Shown here one piece after another: positions 22,759 through 34,527 of a DNA stretch of 64,000 bases. The translations under genes were made by a program, and so were the position numbers. Within the stretch, counting starts at the first letter, position 1; every line of letters starts with the position of its first letter. The notes beneath the pieces were generated by a model. That model had not been told where the DNA came from, made no database searches, and saw only the letters and a program-made list of their open reading frames with translations. The stretch comes from Macrostomum hystrix (taxonomy: Eukaryota; Animalia; Platyhelminthes): NCBI GenBank assembly GCA_950097015.1, contig CATNEN010000001.1:6510001-6574000 (forward strand). Direction: 5' to 3'.

Positions 22759-25700
22759 ATGTCAACTGGTAGCAGAACGTATGACATTGTGATCTTTGGC
22801 GCTTCTGGCTTCACTGGTCAGTACGCTGTAGAAGAGATGGCTCGCATTGCTGAACGCGAAGCTGCCGATGGTGGAATCAAATGGGCCATTGCTGGTCGGT
22901 CTGAAGCGAAACTCAAAGACACACTGAAGGCTAGCGCTGAGCACACCAGTAAGTGGCGCTTGAGTGAGCTGTGTACAGTCCGTGGACTGGGAAAGCACCC
23001 ATGCCCACCCAAATCTATTTTGGTAATTTGGTAATTATATGTCTTGTTTTAAGTTGTAAGCGCTGTGCTAAAACCTACAACTTTCCTTTCTTAGAAATCG
23101 AGCAAATCAAATCGGTGCCAATAATATTAGCCGACGTGTCCACGCCAGCTAGTTTAGCCGATATGGTTAAGCAGACTCGAGTCCTAGTTAGCTGCGTTGG
23201 ACCGGTAAGTTATTGCTTAATGAAAAAACTGACTGTAACTATGCCAAAGCATCAGCTAAAAGATTATTGTGCAAAGGCTAGCTGTGACAAAAAATCTGCT
23301 TTCTACCTAAATCCTCCCCCCCCCTGCCTCTAGTCGTTAATCCAGTGCCTTAACCCTTCACTTAAAAGCAACTATCGATTAGCCAGTGACATTACACCGC
23401 ATGCAAGTCAGCAAGCTTGTATTCATCAGATAGCATATAGAATTTCATAATCGATAGGGCAAAGAGCTAGATTTACATTTTATAAAAAAACACTGGCATT
23501 CACTGCATGCGCATACTTTGCTAGCAATTCTATACAGCTTATTAGTATTTCTATATAGACGTGTGTTTAGATTATCGATTTATTTGTGCCTTTGTTTTTT
23601 AGTATCGTTTCTTTGGCGAACCGGTTGTTAAAGTTTGCGTAGAAAATGGCACCCACTACCTGGATGTCAGCGGCGAACCGCAGGTGAGTTCTTGTGCTCT
23701 GCCTGTTTTAATAGAGATTATTATATTAGTTTTCAAATTTTAATGGACTTTGATCCTACTAGCCTAGAGACTAGAGACTGACTCTCTAGTAATCAGTTGA
23801 GGGTCAAACTTCTCTAGTGTGCGAAACAACCTTTACGCATTATCTATTCTGTATCATGACCAAAGTCAGTGACGATGCTGCAAAGGTCCTCGAACAATAA
23901 TAATATTTTTTAAACATTTCAAAGTACAGTTTGTAAAGACTTCGAAAAATTTCGAAAAATATTCCTTGGTGAGACAGACACACCGACATTTTGGACAGAC
24001 AACCCGACATTTGAAAGACATTCTTAGATGGCACAGACACTCCGAAATTTGACACAGACACTCCGATATTTGACACAGACACCCCGACATTTAGGATGGA
24101 TACTTCTATATGTGATACAGACACCCCGACATTTAAGGCGGACACTTTTGTGTGTGATACAGACACCCCGACATTTAAGACGGACACTTTTGTGTGTGAT
24201 ACAGACACCCCGACATTTAAGACGGACACTTTTGTGTGTGATACAGACACCCCGACATTTAAGACGGACACTTTTGTATGGGATACAGACACCCCGACAT
24301 TTAAGACGGACACTTTTGTGTGTGATACAGACACCCCGACATTTAAGACGGAAACTTTTGTGTGTGATACAGACACCCCGACATTTAAGACGGACACTTT
24401 TGTATATGATACAGACACCCTGACATTTAAGACGGACACTTTTGTGTGTGATACAGACACCCCGACATTTAAGACGAACACTTTTGTATATGATACAGAC
24501 ACCCCGACATTTAAGACGGACACTTTTGTGTGTGATACAGACACCCTGACATTTAAGACGGACACTTTTGTGTGTGATACAGACACCCCGACATTTAAGA
24601 CGAACACTTTTGTATATGATACAGACACCCTGACATTTAAGACGGACACTTTTGTGTGTGATACAGACACCCCGACATTTAAGACGGACACTTTTGTGTG
24701 TGACACAGACACCCCGACATTTAGGATGGAAACTTTTGTATATGATACAGACAACCCGAGATTTAAGACGGACACTTTTGTGTGTGATGCAGACACCCTG
24801 ACATTTAAGACGGACACTTTTGTGTGTGATGCAGACACCCGGACATTTGACACTGACACCCCCAAATTTACACAGACACCCCGTCGTTTGACACACAAAC
24901 CGAAATATGACACATAAACTTAGACATTTGACTCAGACAACTCGACCATAAACACAGACTACCCTGTCGAACGTCTGTCTCCTCCCAGTTCCTAGAATCG
25001 ATGCAGCTAAAGTACAACGAATCGGCCAAGGCCAAAGGTGTCTACATCGTTGGCTCCTGCGGTTGGGATTCCATTCCGTGTGAGATGGGTGTCCAATTCA
25101 CTGAGCAGTCGGCTCCGGGACCTCTGAACAGCGTCGAAGCATTCTACAAGATGCTTCCAGGGCCGCACGGTTCCGCTGTGCACTACGGCACCTGGCAGTC
25201 GGCCATTCACGGCTTCGCTCACCGGGGCGAGTTGGCTTCGATTCGTCGGAAATTATTCCCAGATCGATTGCAACGACCGAAGCATCGCCTGCTGCCGCGT
25301 TCCCTGATTTCATGGAGCCGAGAGACTGACAACTGGTGCGTTCCATTTCCTGGCAGCGATCGCTCTGTGGTCATGCGAACCCAGAGGGCTATGAAGGAAC
25401 AGCTGCCTGGGCGACAGCCACTGCAGTTCTTTCCTTATATGCAGGTTAGCTGCCTACTTTGCTTGCACTCGTATCTGTTGCTTCTTCTGCCTTGCCTGAA
25501 TTGCTAAACTCTCTCTGACTCTTAGTGACTCTCTCTGACTCTTAGTGACTCTCTCTGACTCTTACTGACTCTCTCTGACTCTTACTGACTTTCTCTGACT
25601 CTTAATGACTTTCTCTGACTCTTACTGACTCTCTCTGACTCTTACTGACTCTCTCTGACTCTTACTGACTCTCTGTGACTCTTACTGACTCTCTCTGACT

Positions 25701-27971
25701 CTTACTGACTCTCTCTGACTCTTACTGACTCTCTCTGACTCTCTCTGACTCTCTCTGACTCTCTTTGACTCTCCCTGACTCTTACTGACTCTCTCTGACT
25801 CTTACTGACTCCCCCTGACTCTCTCTGACTCTTAGTGACTCTCTACGACTCTTACTGACTCCCCCTGACTCTCTCTGACTCTTAGTGACTCTCTACGACT
25901 CTCTCTGACTCTTTCTGACTCTTACTGACTTTCTCTGACTCTTACTGACTTTCTCTGACTCTTACTGACTCTCTCTGACTCTCTCTGACTCTCTCTGACT
26001 CTCTCTGACTCTTACTGACTCTCTCTGACTCTCTCTGACTCTCTCTGACTTTCTCTGACTCTTACTGACTCTCTCTGACTCTTACTGACTCTCTGACTCT
26101 TACTGACTTTCTCTGACTCTTACTGACTCTCTGACTCTTACTGACTTTCTCTGACTCTTACTGACTCTCTTTGACTCTCCCTGACTCTTACTGACTCTCT
26201 CTGACTCTCCCTGGCTATATCTGACTCTCCCTGGCTATATCTGACTCTCCCTGGCTATATCTGACTCTCAGACTCTCCATGATTCTCCCTAACTCTCCCT
26301 GACTCTCCCTGACTCTCCCTGACTCTTACTGTCTCTTAATGACTCTCCCTGACTCTTACTGACTCTTACTGACTCTCCATGACTCTCTGACTCTTACTGA
26401 CTCTCCATGACTCTCTCTGACTCTTACTGACTCTTACAGACTCTCTCTGACTCTCCCTGACTCACCATGATTTTTCCTGACTCTCCCTTCCTGACTCTCT
26501 CCTGACTCTCTTCCTGACTCTCTCCTGACTCTCTCCTGACTCTCTTCCTGACTCTCTCCTGACTCTCTCCTGACTCTCTCCTGACTCTCTCCTGACTCTC
26601 TTCCTGACTCTCTTCCTGACTCTCTCGGTCTTTCTCTTACTCCCTCTGACTCCCTCTGACTCTCACTTACGTCTCTGACTCTCTCTCTCCCTGACTATCT
26701 CTGACTTCTCTGACTATCTCTCTCTTTGACTCTGGCTCTTTTCTCTGACTCTCTCAGTTCGGAACGCTAATCTCAGCCTGGTTTCTGTTTTTGTTCAATT
26801 CTCTAATTTCTTTGTTGGTCTGTCACTTAGTTTTTTAATATCCACCCGTCTGAATTTTTTTTATGTAAACATTACGTAACTAGTAAGTTGTCGCGATCTA
26901 CTTAAAGTAATAAACAAGCGTAATTTTATTTTAACTGTATTCTTTTTTATTTTTACCATTGCAATACAGGTTGGCAGCCTGTTTAACGCCGTTGCCATGC
27001 TGTTGCTAGGCAGTGTATTCGGCATCCTGGCCTCTTTTAGTTTCACCCGCCGCCTATTGGAGGCCTATCCGCGCCTGTTCTCTCTGGGTGTTTTCTCACA
27101 TGAAGGGCCCAGCCGTAAGCAGGTTGAAACCACCAGCTTTGCTATGACCTTTGTCGGTGTCGGCTGGAAGGACTCCGCCTCGGCTGATGGCGACAATGAT
27201 CAACAGAAACCGACGTGTCGCACCGTGACTAAACTGATAGGCCCGGAGCCTGGATACATCAGTACACCAATATGCCTGCTGCAAGCGGCTCTCTGCGTAC
27301 TTAAGGAGTCCAACTCTATGCCAAAGAAGTGAGTGCGAATGCTCTGTCAGAACTGGGCTAACAATGTCTGCGAGAGATAAGAGATGAAATTAGACTGGGT
27401 GTCAGAGACAGGGTATGAGATTAGACTGGGTGTGAGAGATAAGGGATGAGATTAGACTGGGTGTGAGAGAAAAGTGATGAGATTAGACTGGGTGTGAGAG
27501 ATAAGGGATGAGATTAGACGGGGTGTGGGAGATAAGGTATGAGATTAGACTTGGTGTGTAGAATAAGGTATGAGATTAGACTAGGTGTGATATAAGAAAT
27601 AAAGTTAGACTGGGTGTGAGATAAGAGATAAGGAGATGAGATAAGACTAGATGTGGGGTATGAGCAATGAGATTAGACTGAGTGGGAGATAAGAAATAAA
27701 TTTAGACTGGGTGTGAGATAAGAGATAAGATTATACTACGAGTATGTGTAAGAGATAAGGATTGTGGTGTATGTGATGAGATACAATGACAATAGCTATC
27801 AAATACAGTCTTTGTACAGTCAAATACAGTGCAGTCCACATCACTGAATCAATCCTCAGAGGTGGCGTGTTCACGCCTGGAGCAGCGTTTCGCAATACGA
27901 CACTAATCGAGCGCCTAAGTGACAGCGGACTGGAATTCAGCAAAGTTCTGGTTGACGATATTAACCAGTAA
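22759..27971 (+). CDS. SCCPDH: Saccharopine dehydrogenase-like oxidoreductase, 435 aa
   Basis: Exons 22759-22948, 23095-23204, 23603-23683, 24989-25444, 26970-27328, 27860-27971 (1308 nt, phases consistent). Motifs IFGASGFTG, AIAGRS, CVGPYRFFGEPVV, YLDVSGEP, CGWDSIP, GPEPGY, GGVFTPGAAF. Confidence 0.95.
23972..24960. repeat. 42-bp minisatellite (dimer of a 21-bp unit) in SCCPDH intron 3
   Basis: GATACAGACACCCCGACATTTAAGACGGACACTTTTGTGTGT; 21-bp monomers occur at both edges. Confidence 0.95.
25508..26755. repeat. 10-bp repeat (CTGACTCTCT/CTGACTCTTA)n in SCCPDH intron 4
   Basis: Direct inspection. Confidence 0.95.
27372..27760. repeat. Degenerate ~31-bp repeat (GAGATTAGACTGGGTGTGAGAGATAAGGGAT)n in SCCPDH intron 5
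   Basis: Direct inspection. Confidence 0.85.
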
Positions 27972-29035
27972 AAGAAAACTGACACTGATTTTCTACCTTA
28001 AATTATCTAGTTACATTGATAGTTACACGCATATATCGTTTCATAAGATCGTCTCTTTAATAATAATTATCAAAACTTCTATTGTATTTTTTTCAGTCAT
28101 TCAAGTTATTTAGGCACTTTGTGTTTTGACTCATAAAATCCCAAATCGTAGTTTTTTTCAGAGCAAATGAGCTGTATTGTATAATAGCTCGTAGTTTTTT
28201 TCTAGAAATTTTGCACAAGCGCTGAAAGTTTATATTCATCAGCATTCACGTTTTGCTAAATTTCACGTAACAAGATTGAACAAAAATGCGATGAAAATTT
28301 TCAATAACAATTCATTAGCAGTGCAAAGACACCGTTCAACCAAGTACTTATTGATAAGTTCCTAAATCATATCGTTTATAGTCACATCATTCCTTAATCA
28401 AAAGCCTGTCGCTTCTAGTTTGCATATTTTTTGTTTGTTACACGATATAAAATAAATAATATCTGTGAACACACGCAGAAACGGCCTCCTAGAGTATAAT
28501 ATTTACAACCAACTCACTTATGTGTGCCAGTTTTTTGCGACCTCGTATTTTTTCAAAATGTGAGAACCACAAAAGTTATTACTTCGCCAAGAGAACATGC
28601 ATGTAGGTAATTACTTATTTGATTGCAAAGTCGTCTAAAATAATACGCAATTAGATCCAAATTTATTTTGCAAGGAATCTAAAGAAGCAATAGATATACA
28701 TAATTCATAAAGAACATAAAGACGCTCTTCTTCTAGAAAAACGAATTTTTATAGACCCGTCTTTTCTATTAACCAAGGGCAAAGCATACTGCAGCATTTA
28801 TCCATATATGTTGTTGAGTGAAAAGTGTTTAAACTCGAATTCGCAACGATGAAAACGAGATAAATTGTACCGGATGCACAGAGATTAGCAAAACAAATAT
28901 AACGTATTTAGCTCTGTATTTGCAATCTTAAGTCAACTAAAGGTACTGCCTAATAAGCAAGTTAGTTTGCTTGTCAAAAATACTACTTCTAATGTGTTGC
29001 TTTTATCAATGTTTGGGAGATTTAATTTTAATGAT

Positions 29036-29507
29036 TGTAATGAAATTATTGGTCGGTGGTCGCCATTTAAAATGAATTGTAAATCGTTTTGAAGGGCTGC
29101 AGCTTAATGTAATATAATTAGTAATAGGGCCTACTTCTGTTATATAAATTACGCCGCTTTGCTGACGCACGCGCTTACAATATAGAGCAAGATTAGTTAA
29201 AGGTGGTTATATTAATCTTATATACTAAAATTATAATCTAATGTTCGAATATTCTAATTATCTAAACTTAGTGGCTAATCCCGATGCGCACGCGCGGGTC
29301 AGAAAACCGGTTGCAACTGGTGTCACTTTATATTTAACTTGTCAAGCGTAGATTTAACAAATACTAAATACATAATTAATACAAACATCCGTACGAAAAT
29401 ACCGGTTATATGAGAAGATGATTAGCATAAATTTAGTTGTAATAACAGTACACAAGAAATATTTTGATTTTAATAACAATTTAAAATAGACTAATTATTT
29501 CATTACA
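29036..29507 (-). repeat. 3' LTR of gypsy element 2
   Basis: Direct repeat of 36183-36654; 11-bp perfect terminal inverted repeat. Confidence 0.96.
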
Positions 29508-30732
29508 TCATCCTCCTCAACAAAAGTCAATGTCCTCATTGAAAATAACAATAAATAACGTACATATGGCATTACAATGACTTCAATACATAGCTTCATA
29601 TCGCGATCATACTACTAGCAGTACAAATACAAGGTTCGATAATATATACTCTACACGAAGCAATAGATATCACGCGACAACACCGTTCAACAGATACCGA
29701 GCAACACAAGACGAACAGCACAAAATGTACGCTTGGGAGCGGGGACTGCGAAACTGACCAACAAGAACCGATAAAAAAATTGGGCGATCGAAAGCTGCAC
29801 CACGCACCGAAAAGACGGGGTAGCTTCGAATCCCTAAGCCTCAGCGAGCCTCACAAAACTCTACCGAACCAACCTGCCGGGCGATGACAAGGAGGACATT
29901 TCAATGCCTCCTGCATGCCTGGCTGTGGCAGCGGCTAGAAGAAAACCACGACAAACTACTAAACATAACAGTAACTATGACAACGCGGATACAGTATAAA
30001 ATACAAAATTGCAAAGTCTAAAAATACAGTCAATACAGTCTACAGGTTTCTTACGGTACAAATAGACATTTAATGGATAACGAACATCACGACAAAACTT
30101 AAACACGATCAAACTTCGACTAGTTATTTGGATTCATTCGACATCAACAATAACGAGGGAATAGTCAGTGGTAGGTCCATTCACAAACAATAACTCATTG
30201 AAATGCGCAAAATTGTGAAAACGCAAGAAAACATATACAAAACTTAACATTTGAAAAACACGATTTTGACGAGTAACGAGTAACAACTAATCATATTGGG
30301 ACTTTAAAATGCATTGATCACGAATGGCGGTAAATTTTATTGCAAAGCAACCGATACACTTGGGGATATTGGAAATGCAAACAGAAGATAAATAACTTCG
30401 AGATACACGCAAACGAAAGAACTTTATTGCAGCGAAAAGCATTCGATTGACGACATATTGTTTAAATATTAACGCATACGCATGGAAAATTAAAAAGTGC
30501 AATCAACCGAAAGTTTACTTGTAGCTTATAGCAACACAGTCAGGCATCTGAAACAAAATCTGCATTAATTTCGGCCATAGCGACATAATTTTTTTTATTC
30601 AAACCTAAACTAACCTAAAATTCTAGAATAATAGTAAAGCATATCTTCCCTTAATGTAATAAGTGTCATTATTGTGTCATTTGGAATACTGGATCGGAAA
30701 GAGAAACTTCAAGGATTTCGGCAGTGATCGAC

Positions 30733-33700
30733 TTATTCTTCCTCGATATCATCTTGCCAGAGACTCGGCAGCTTCTGCGAAGGTTGGACGACTAGTTTCA
30801 TCTTTCCCGCATGGACAATCTTCCCCTTACCTTGATCTTTACCTTCAACCTGACGGACAACTTCGTAGTTTACTGGAGATGTCTTACGCACTACTCTGAA
30901 TGGGCCAGTCCATGGAGCATGGTGCTTGTGCGACCAACGAGAATCCCGCTGTCGCAGAGCTAAAGGAGGGGTAAAAACCCACACCAATGCATTCTCATGG
31001 AATCTTTGCTTCTTGATATTTCTATCGTAGTACCTCTTTTGAACTCTTTGGACAGCTTTGGTGGCTTTCCTGACTGTCTCATAAGCGTTAATTAGTTGCT
31101 CTTTAATCGCGTCAGCAAAGGTAGTAGGAGTTAATTTAGGCTCAGGCTCGCGGTACACAACGTCTACTGGCAGCACCATCTCGCGACCAGTCATTAGATA
31201 GTGCGGTGTGAAACCGGTAGTCGCGTGGACTGAACTTCGGTAGGCCATGAGACAATGGGGAATTGCATCCTCCCAGTCCTCAGGATCGACATTTTGAAGA
31301 TAACAACGCAAGATATTATGAAGCGTACGGTGGAACCGTTCCACCAGTCCATCACACTGAGGATGAAATGCTGTTGTGCGTGTCTTTTGGATGTTAAGTA
31401 GTTTACAGAGCTTCCTAATCAGTTTGCCATCTACGCCTTTGCCTCTATCAGAGTGCAAGATGTGGGGCGCTCCAAATCGGCTTATCCAGTGCATGAAAAG
31501 TGCATTTGCGATGGTTTCTGCGCGTTCGTCCTGCAACGGGACAAGCTCGACCCATTTGCTAAAGTAATCCATAATTGTAAGTAGACGGTCGTTGCCTTGG
31601 CGCGATGTGGCTATTTTCACGACATCAATCGCCACTCGTTGCATCGGGAAGCCAGATGACATAGGACGGAGCGGAGCTTTAGAGGCGGATGTTGGTTTTG
31701 CTCTTTGGCACTGGACGCATTCTTTTGTGTACAGCATGACGTCATCTATTAGTTTTGGCCAATAAAATCGTGCTTTAACTGCTTCAGCAGTCTTCTTTAT
31801 GCCAAAATGACCAAGTTGATGTATTTCTTCAATAATCTCTTGTCTTTTAATTATTGGGAGCACTAGTATTGGTTTTGAATCTATAACACGATGCATAACG
31901 CCGTTGATAAAGCATAGATCATTAACCTTATTCATTAACATTATGCTCTCTGGTGCCATAGTTGTCTTGTCTTCCTCAGTCAATTCCGTATTTCCCTGAG
32001 CGAGTTTTCTGTAAACTGGTCCAATACCATCATCTCTTAGCTGCAACACTCTCAAAGATGTTTCGTCGATATCTGTGTCAACTGAGTCTTCGTCACTTAT
32101 ATCTTCGACATCCGAGGTTCGCGCAACAAGTTGCTGCTTCCTACGTGATGGAACAACTGCATTACAGGTCTCATTGTTACTAGTTTGACACTCAGCATCT
32201 ACTCTACTCGGCTTGTCCGGCTGACATGCTTCACAAAACCGCGGACATCTGGACAGAGCGTCAGCGTTCATATGCATTTTACCTGGTCGGTGGATAATTT
32301 CGAAGTCAAATTCTTGTAATGACTCAAGCCAGCGTGCTAACTGTCCAGTCGGCTCCTTGAAACTTAGTAAGTGGGTTAGTGCAGCATGGTCAACGCGAAT
32401 TATAAACTTTTTACCAGCTAGATAAGATCTGAATTTTTTGCACGATTCGACTACAGCTAATAGTTCCCTCCTAGTCACACAGTAATTTCTTTCTGCAGAA
32501 TTCAAAGCTCGGCTGCTGTAGGCGATAACCTTCTCTTGTCCTTTTTGAATCTGCGACAGCACACTACCTACTCCGAAACCGCTAGCATCAGTATCTAAAA
32601 TAAATTGACTATTAATATCTGAAGTGTCTGGCAAGGCAAGAATCGGCGCTGAAGTTAACCTGTCTTTCAGCGAACAGAAACTTTGTTCTTGTTCATTAGT
32701 CCAGATAAATTGTGTATTTTTTAGTGTTAGTCGGCGCAAAGGCTCTGCTATTGTGGAGAAACTTTTAATAAATCTTCTATAATAAGAGGCTAAACCTAGG
32801 AAACTCTGGACATCCTTAACTGATTGCGGTCGAGGCCAATCATGGACTGCTTTGACCTTCTCATCATCAACCGAAATGCCTTGGGGTATTATTTTATGTC
32901 CTAGAATTTTTATTGACTTAGATGCAAAGATACATTTGCTAGGCTTTAAGCGAAGATTTGCATTTTGGAGGCGCTGGAGGACTTGAGCAAGATTACAATT
33001 ATGCTCGTCTAATGTTCTGCCCATTACAACAATGTCATCGATATACACAAGACAAGCTTCCCACTTCAGACCGCGCAGCACCAGGTCCATCAGCCGTTGA
33101 AACGTAGCTGGGGCATTTTTCAGCCCAAATGGCATGACCCTGAATTGGTACAGACCATGGTGGCACAGGAAAGCTGTCTTCTCACTGTCATGTTCATCAA
33201 GTTCGACCTGCCAGTATCCTGACTGCATATCCATGGCTGAAAAATATATGTTGCCAGCTAGAGCATCCAGAGTGTCGTCCACTCTAGGCATTGGATAGGC
33301 ATCAGACTTTGTAACATTGTTTAATTTTCGATAATCTATGCAAAATCTAAGGTTACCATCTTTCTTGCGAACTAGCACTACTGCAGCTGCCCATGGAGAT
33401 GATGATGGAACAATGACGTTATCTTGGATCATGTCGTCAATAATCTTTTTCTGTTCATTTATAGTGGTCAAGTTAGATCTCCTTAGTGTTTCCTTGGTTG
33501 GCAACGCATCTCCTGTATCAATTTTATGTTTCAGCAAATTCGCTCTACCTAAATTACTACCTGATGCGAATACATCTTTAAATTGATTTAATACTGCTTC
33601 TACATCATTTGCTTCTGATGGTGACAAGTCTTTTGATATGTTAAACTTTGTTTGGTTAGACTGTGTACTAGTTTTATTGTCTAGGTTACTCTCTTCACTA

Positions 33701-34527
33701 ATTATGTCTTCATTTTCACTTTGGCTTGGATTTAAGCTTCCAATGATGCACACATTTCCTTTTTGATCTAGTGGGATAAACTTAGCAATGACTAGACCGG
33801 CTCTTAATAGTAACTCTCTGTTAACATTACTATTGACAACATTAACATTCATGCCTTCATTTTTTATTAGATGAATACCTCTGGCAAGCAAGAGACCTGG
33901 GACATGGTGATTTGATTCAACAATGCCTGGAGCAAGTGATTGATCAGGAAGTTTTGGCTTAATAGAAATATCAAGCGTCTGGCCTGGTGGCACAGTTGTA
34001 GTTTCGGCCACAACAAGGACTTGAAACCTTGGGACTTCCATGGTTTTCCGAGTTGGAATTGATTTGTTATGAGCATTGAAAGTAATAATACCTTGTGCTG
34101 GGTGGATAGAAACATCAAATTGCTTTAAGAAATCTAAACCTATAATTACATTGTGCTGGATATTGCTACACACATATACTTCATGTGCTAAATTGAGTTG
34201 GCCAAATGAAAAGGTAACTTTTTTCTTTCCTAAAACCTTTAATTCTTCGCCATTGGCAACTGTTAACTGAACTTCTGCCTTGATAAGATTTAGTCTAGGT
34301 TGATTAAGGACATCAGTTGAAATGATTGTGACACTAGAGCCTGTGTCTATTAGGCAAGGTATTTTTTTAGACGCTACAATTGCATTTACATATATAGCAT
34401 TATTAAAATCAAGATTTACATTAAGGATTTCCCCAGCTCCTTGCTTCTGGTGATCAGCTACAGTGGTGGGGCAGTTGGCACTCTTGGCTGGAATCTGCCC
34501 CGTGATCCAGCCTGATTGGCGTTTGGG
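30733..34527 (-). CDS. Pol polyprotein (PR, dUTPase-like insert, RT, RNase H, integrase), probably reached by -1 frameshift
   Basis: LIDTGSS, SSSPWAAAVVLVRKKDG..FCIDYRKLN, MPFGL, LVYIDD, DTDAS, NADALSR, H-H..CVQC and IDVV/SDRG/VERF. Confidence 0.96.
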   Translation of the reverse strand, partial: PKRQSGWITGQIPAKSANCPTTVADHQKQGAGEILNVNLDFNNAIYVNAIVASKKIPCLIDTGSSVTIISTDVLNQPRLNLIKAEVQLTVANGEELKVLGKKKVTFSFGQLNLAHEVYVCSNIQHNVIIGLDFLKQFDVSIHPAQGIITFNAHNKSIPTRKTMEVPRFQVLVVAETTTVPPGQTLDISIKPKLPDQSLAPGIVESNHHVPGLLLARGIHLIKNEGMNVNVVNSNVNRELLLRAGLVIAKFIPLDQKGNVCIIGSLNPSQSENEDIISEESNLDNKTSTQSNQTKFNISKDLSPSEANDVEAVLNQFKDVFASGSNLGRANLLKHKIDTGDALPTKETLRRSNLTTINEQKKIIDDMIQDNVIVPSSSPWAAAVVLVRKKDGNLRFCIDYRKLNNVTKSDAYPMPRVDDTLDALAGNIYFSAMDMQSGYWQVELDEHDSEKTAFLCHHGLYQFRVMPFGLKNAPATFQRLMDLVLRGLKWEACLVYIDDIVVMGRTLDEHNCNLAQVLQRLQNANLRLKPSKCIFASKSIKILGHKIIPQGISVDDEKVKAVHDWPRPQSVKDVQSFLGLASYYRRFIKSFSTIAEPLRRLTLKNTQFIWTNEQEQSFCSLKDRLTSAPILALPDTSDINSQFILDTDASGFGVGSVLSQIQKGQEKVIAYSSRALNSAERNYCVTRRELLAVVESCKKFRSYLAGKKFIIRVDHAALTHLLSFKEPTGQLARWLESLQEFDFEIIHRPGKMHMNADALSRCPRFCEACQPDKPSRVDAECQTSNNETCNAVVPSRRKQQLVARTSDVEDISDEDSVDTDIDETSLRVLQLRDDGIGPVYRKLAQGNTELTEEDKTTMAPESIMLMNKVNDLCFINGVMHRVIDSKPILVLPIIKRQEIIEEIHQLGHFGIKKTAEAVKARFYWPKLIDDVMLYTKECVQCQRAKPTSASKAPLRPMSSGFPMQRVAIDVVKIATSRQGNDRLLTIMDYFSKWVELVPLQDERAETIANALFMHWISRFGAPHILHSDRGKGVDGKLIRKLCKLLNIQKTRTTAFHPQCDGLVERFHRTLHNILRCYLQNVDPEDWEDAIPHCLMAYRSSVHATTGFTPHYLMTGREMVLPVDVVYREPEPKLTPTTFADAIKEQLINAYETVRKATKAVQRVQKRYYDRNIKKQRFHENALVWVFTPPLALRQRDSRWSHKHHAPWTGPFRVVRKTSPVNYEVVRQVEGKDQGKGKIVHAGKMKLVVQPSQKLPSLWQDDIEEE

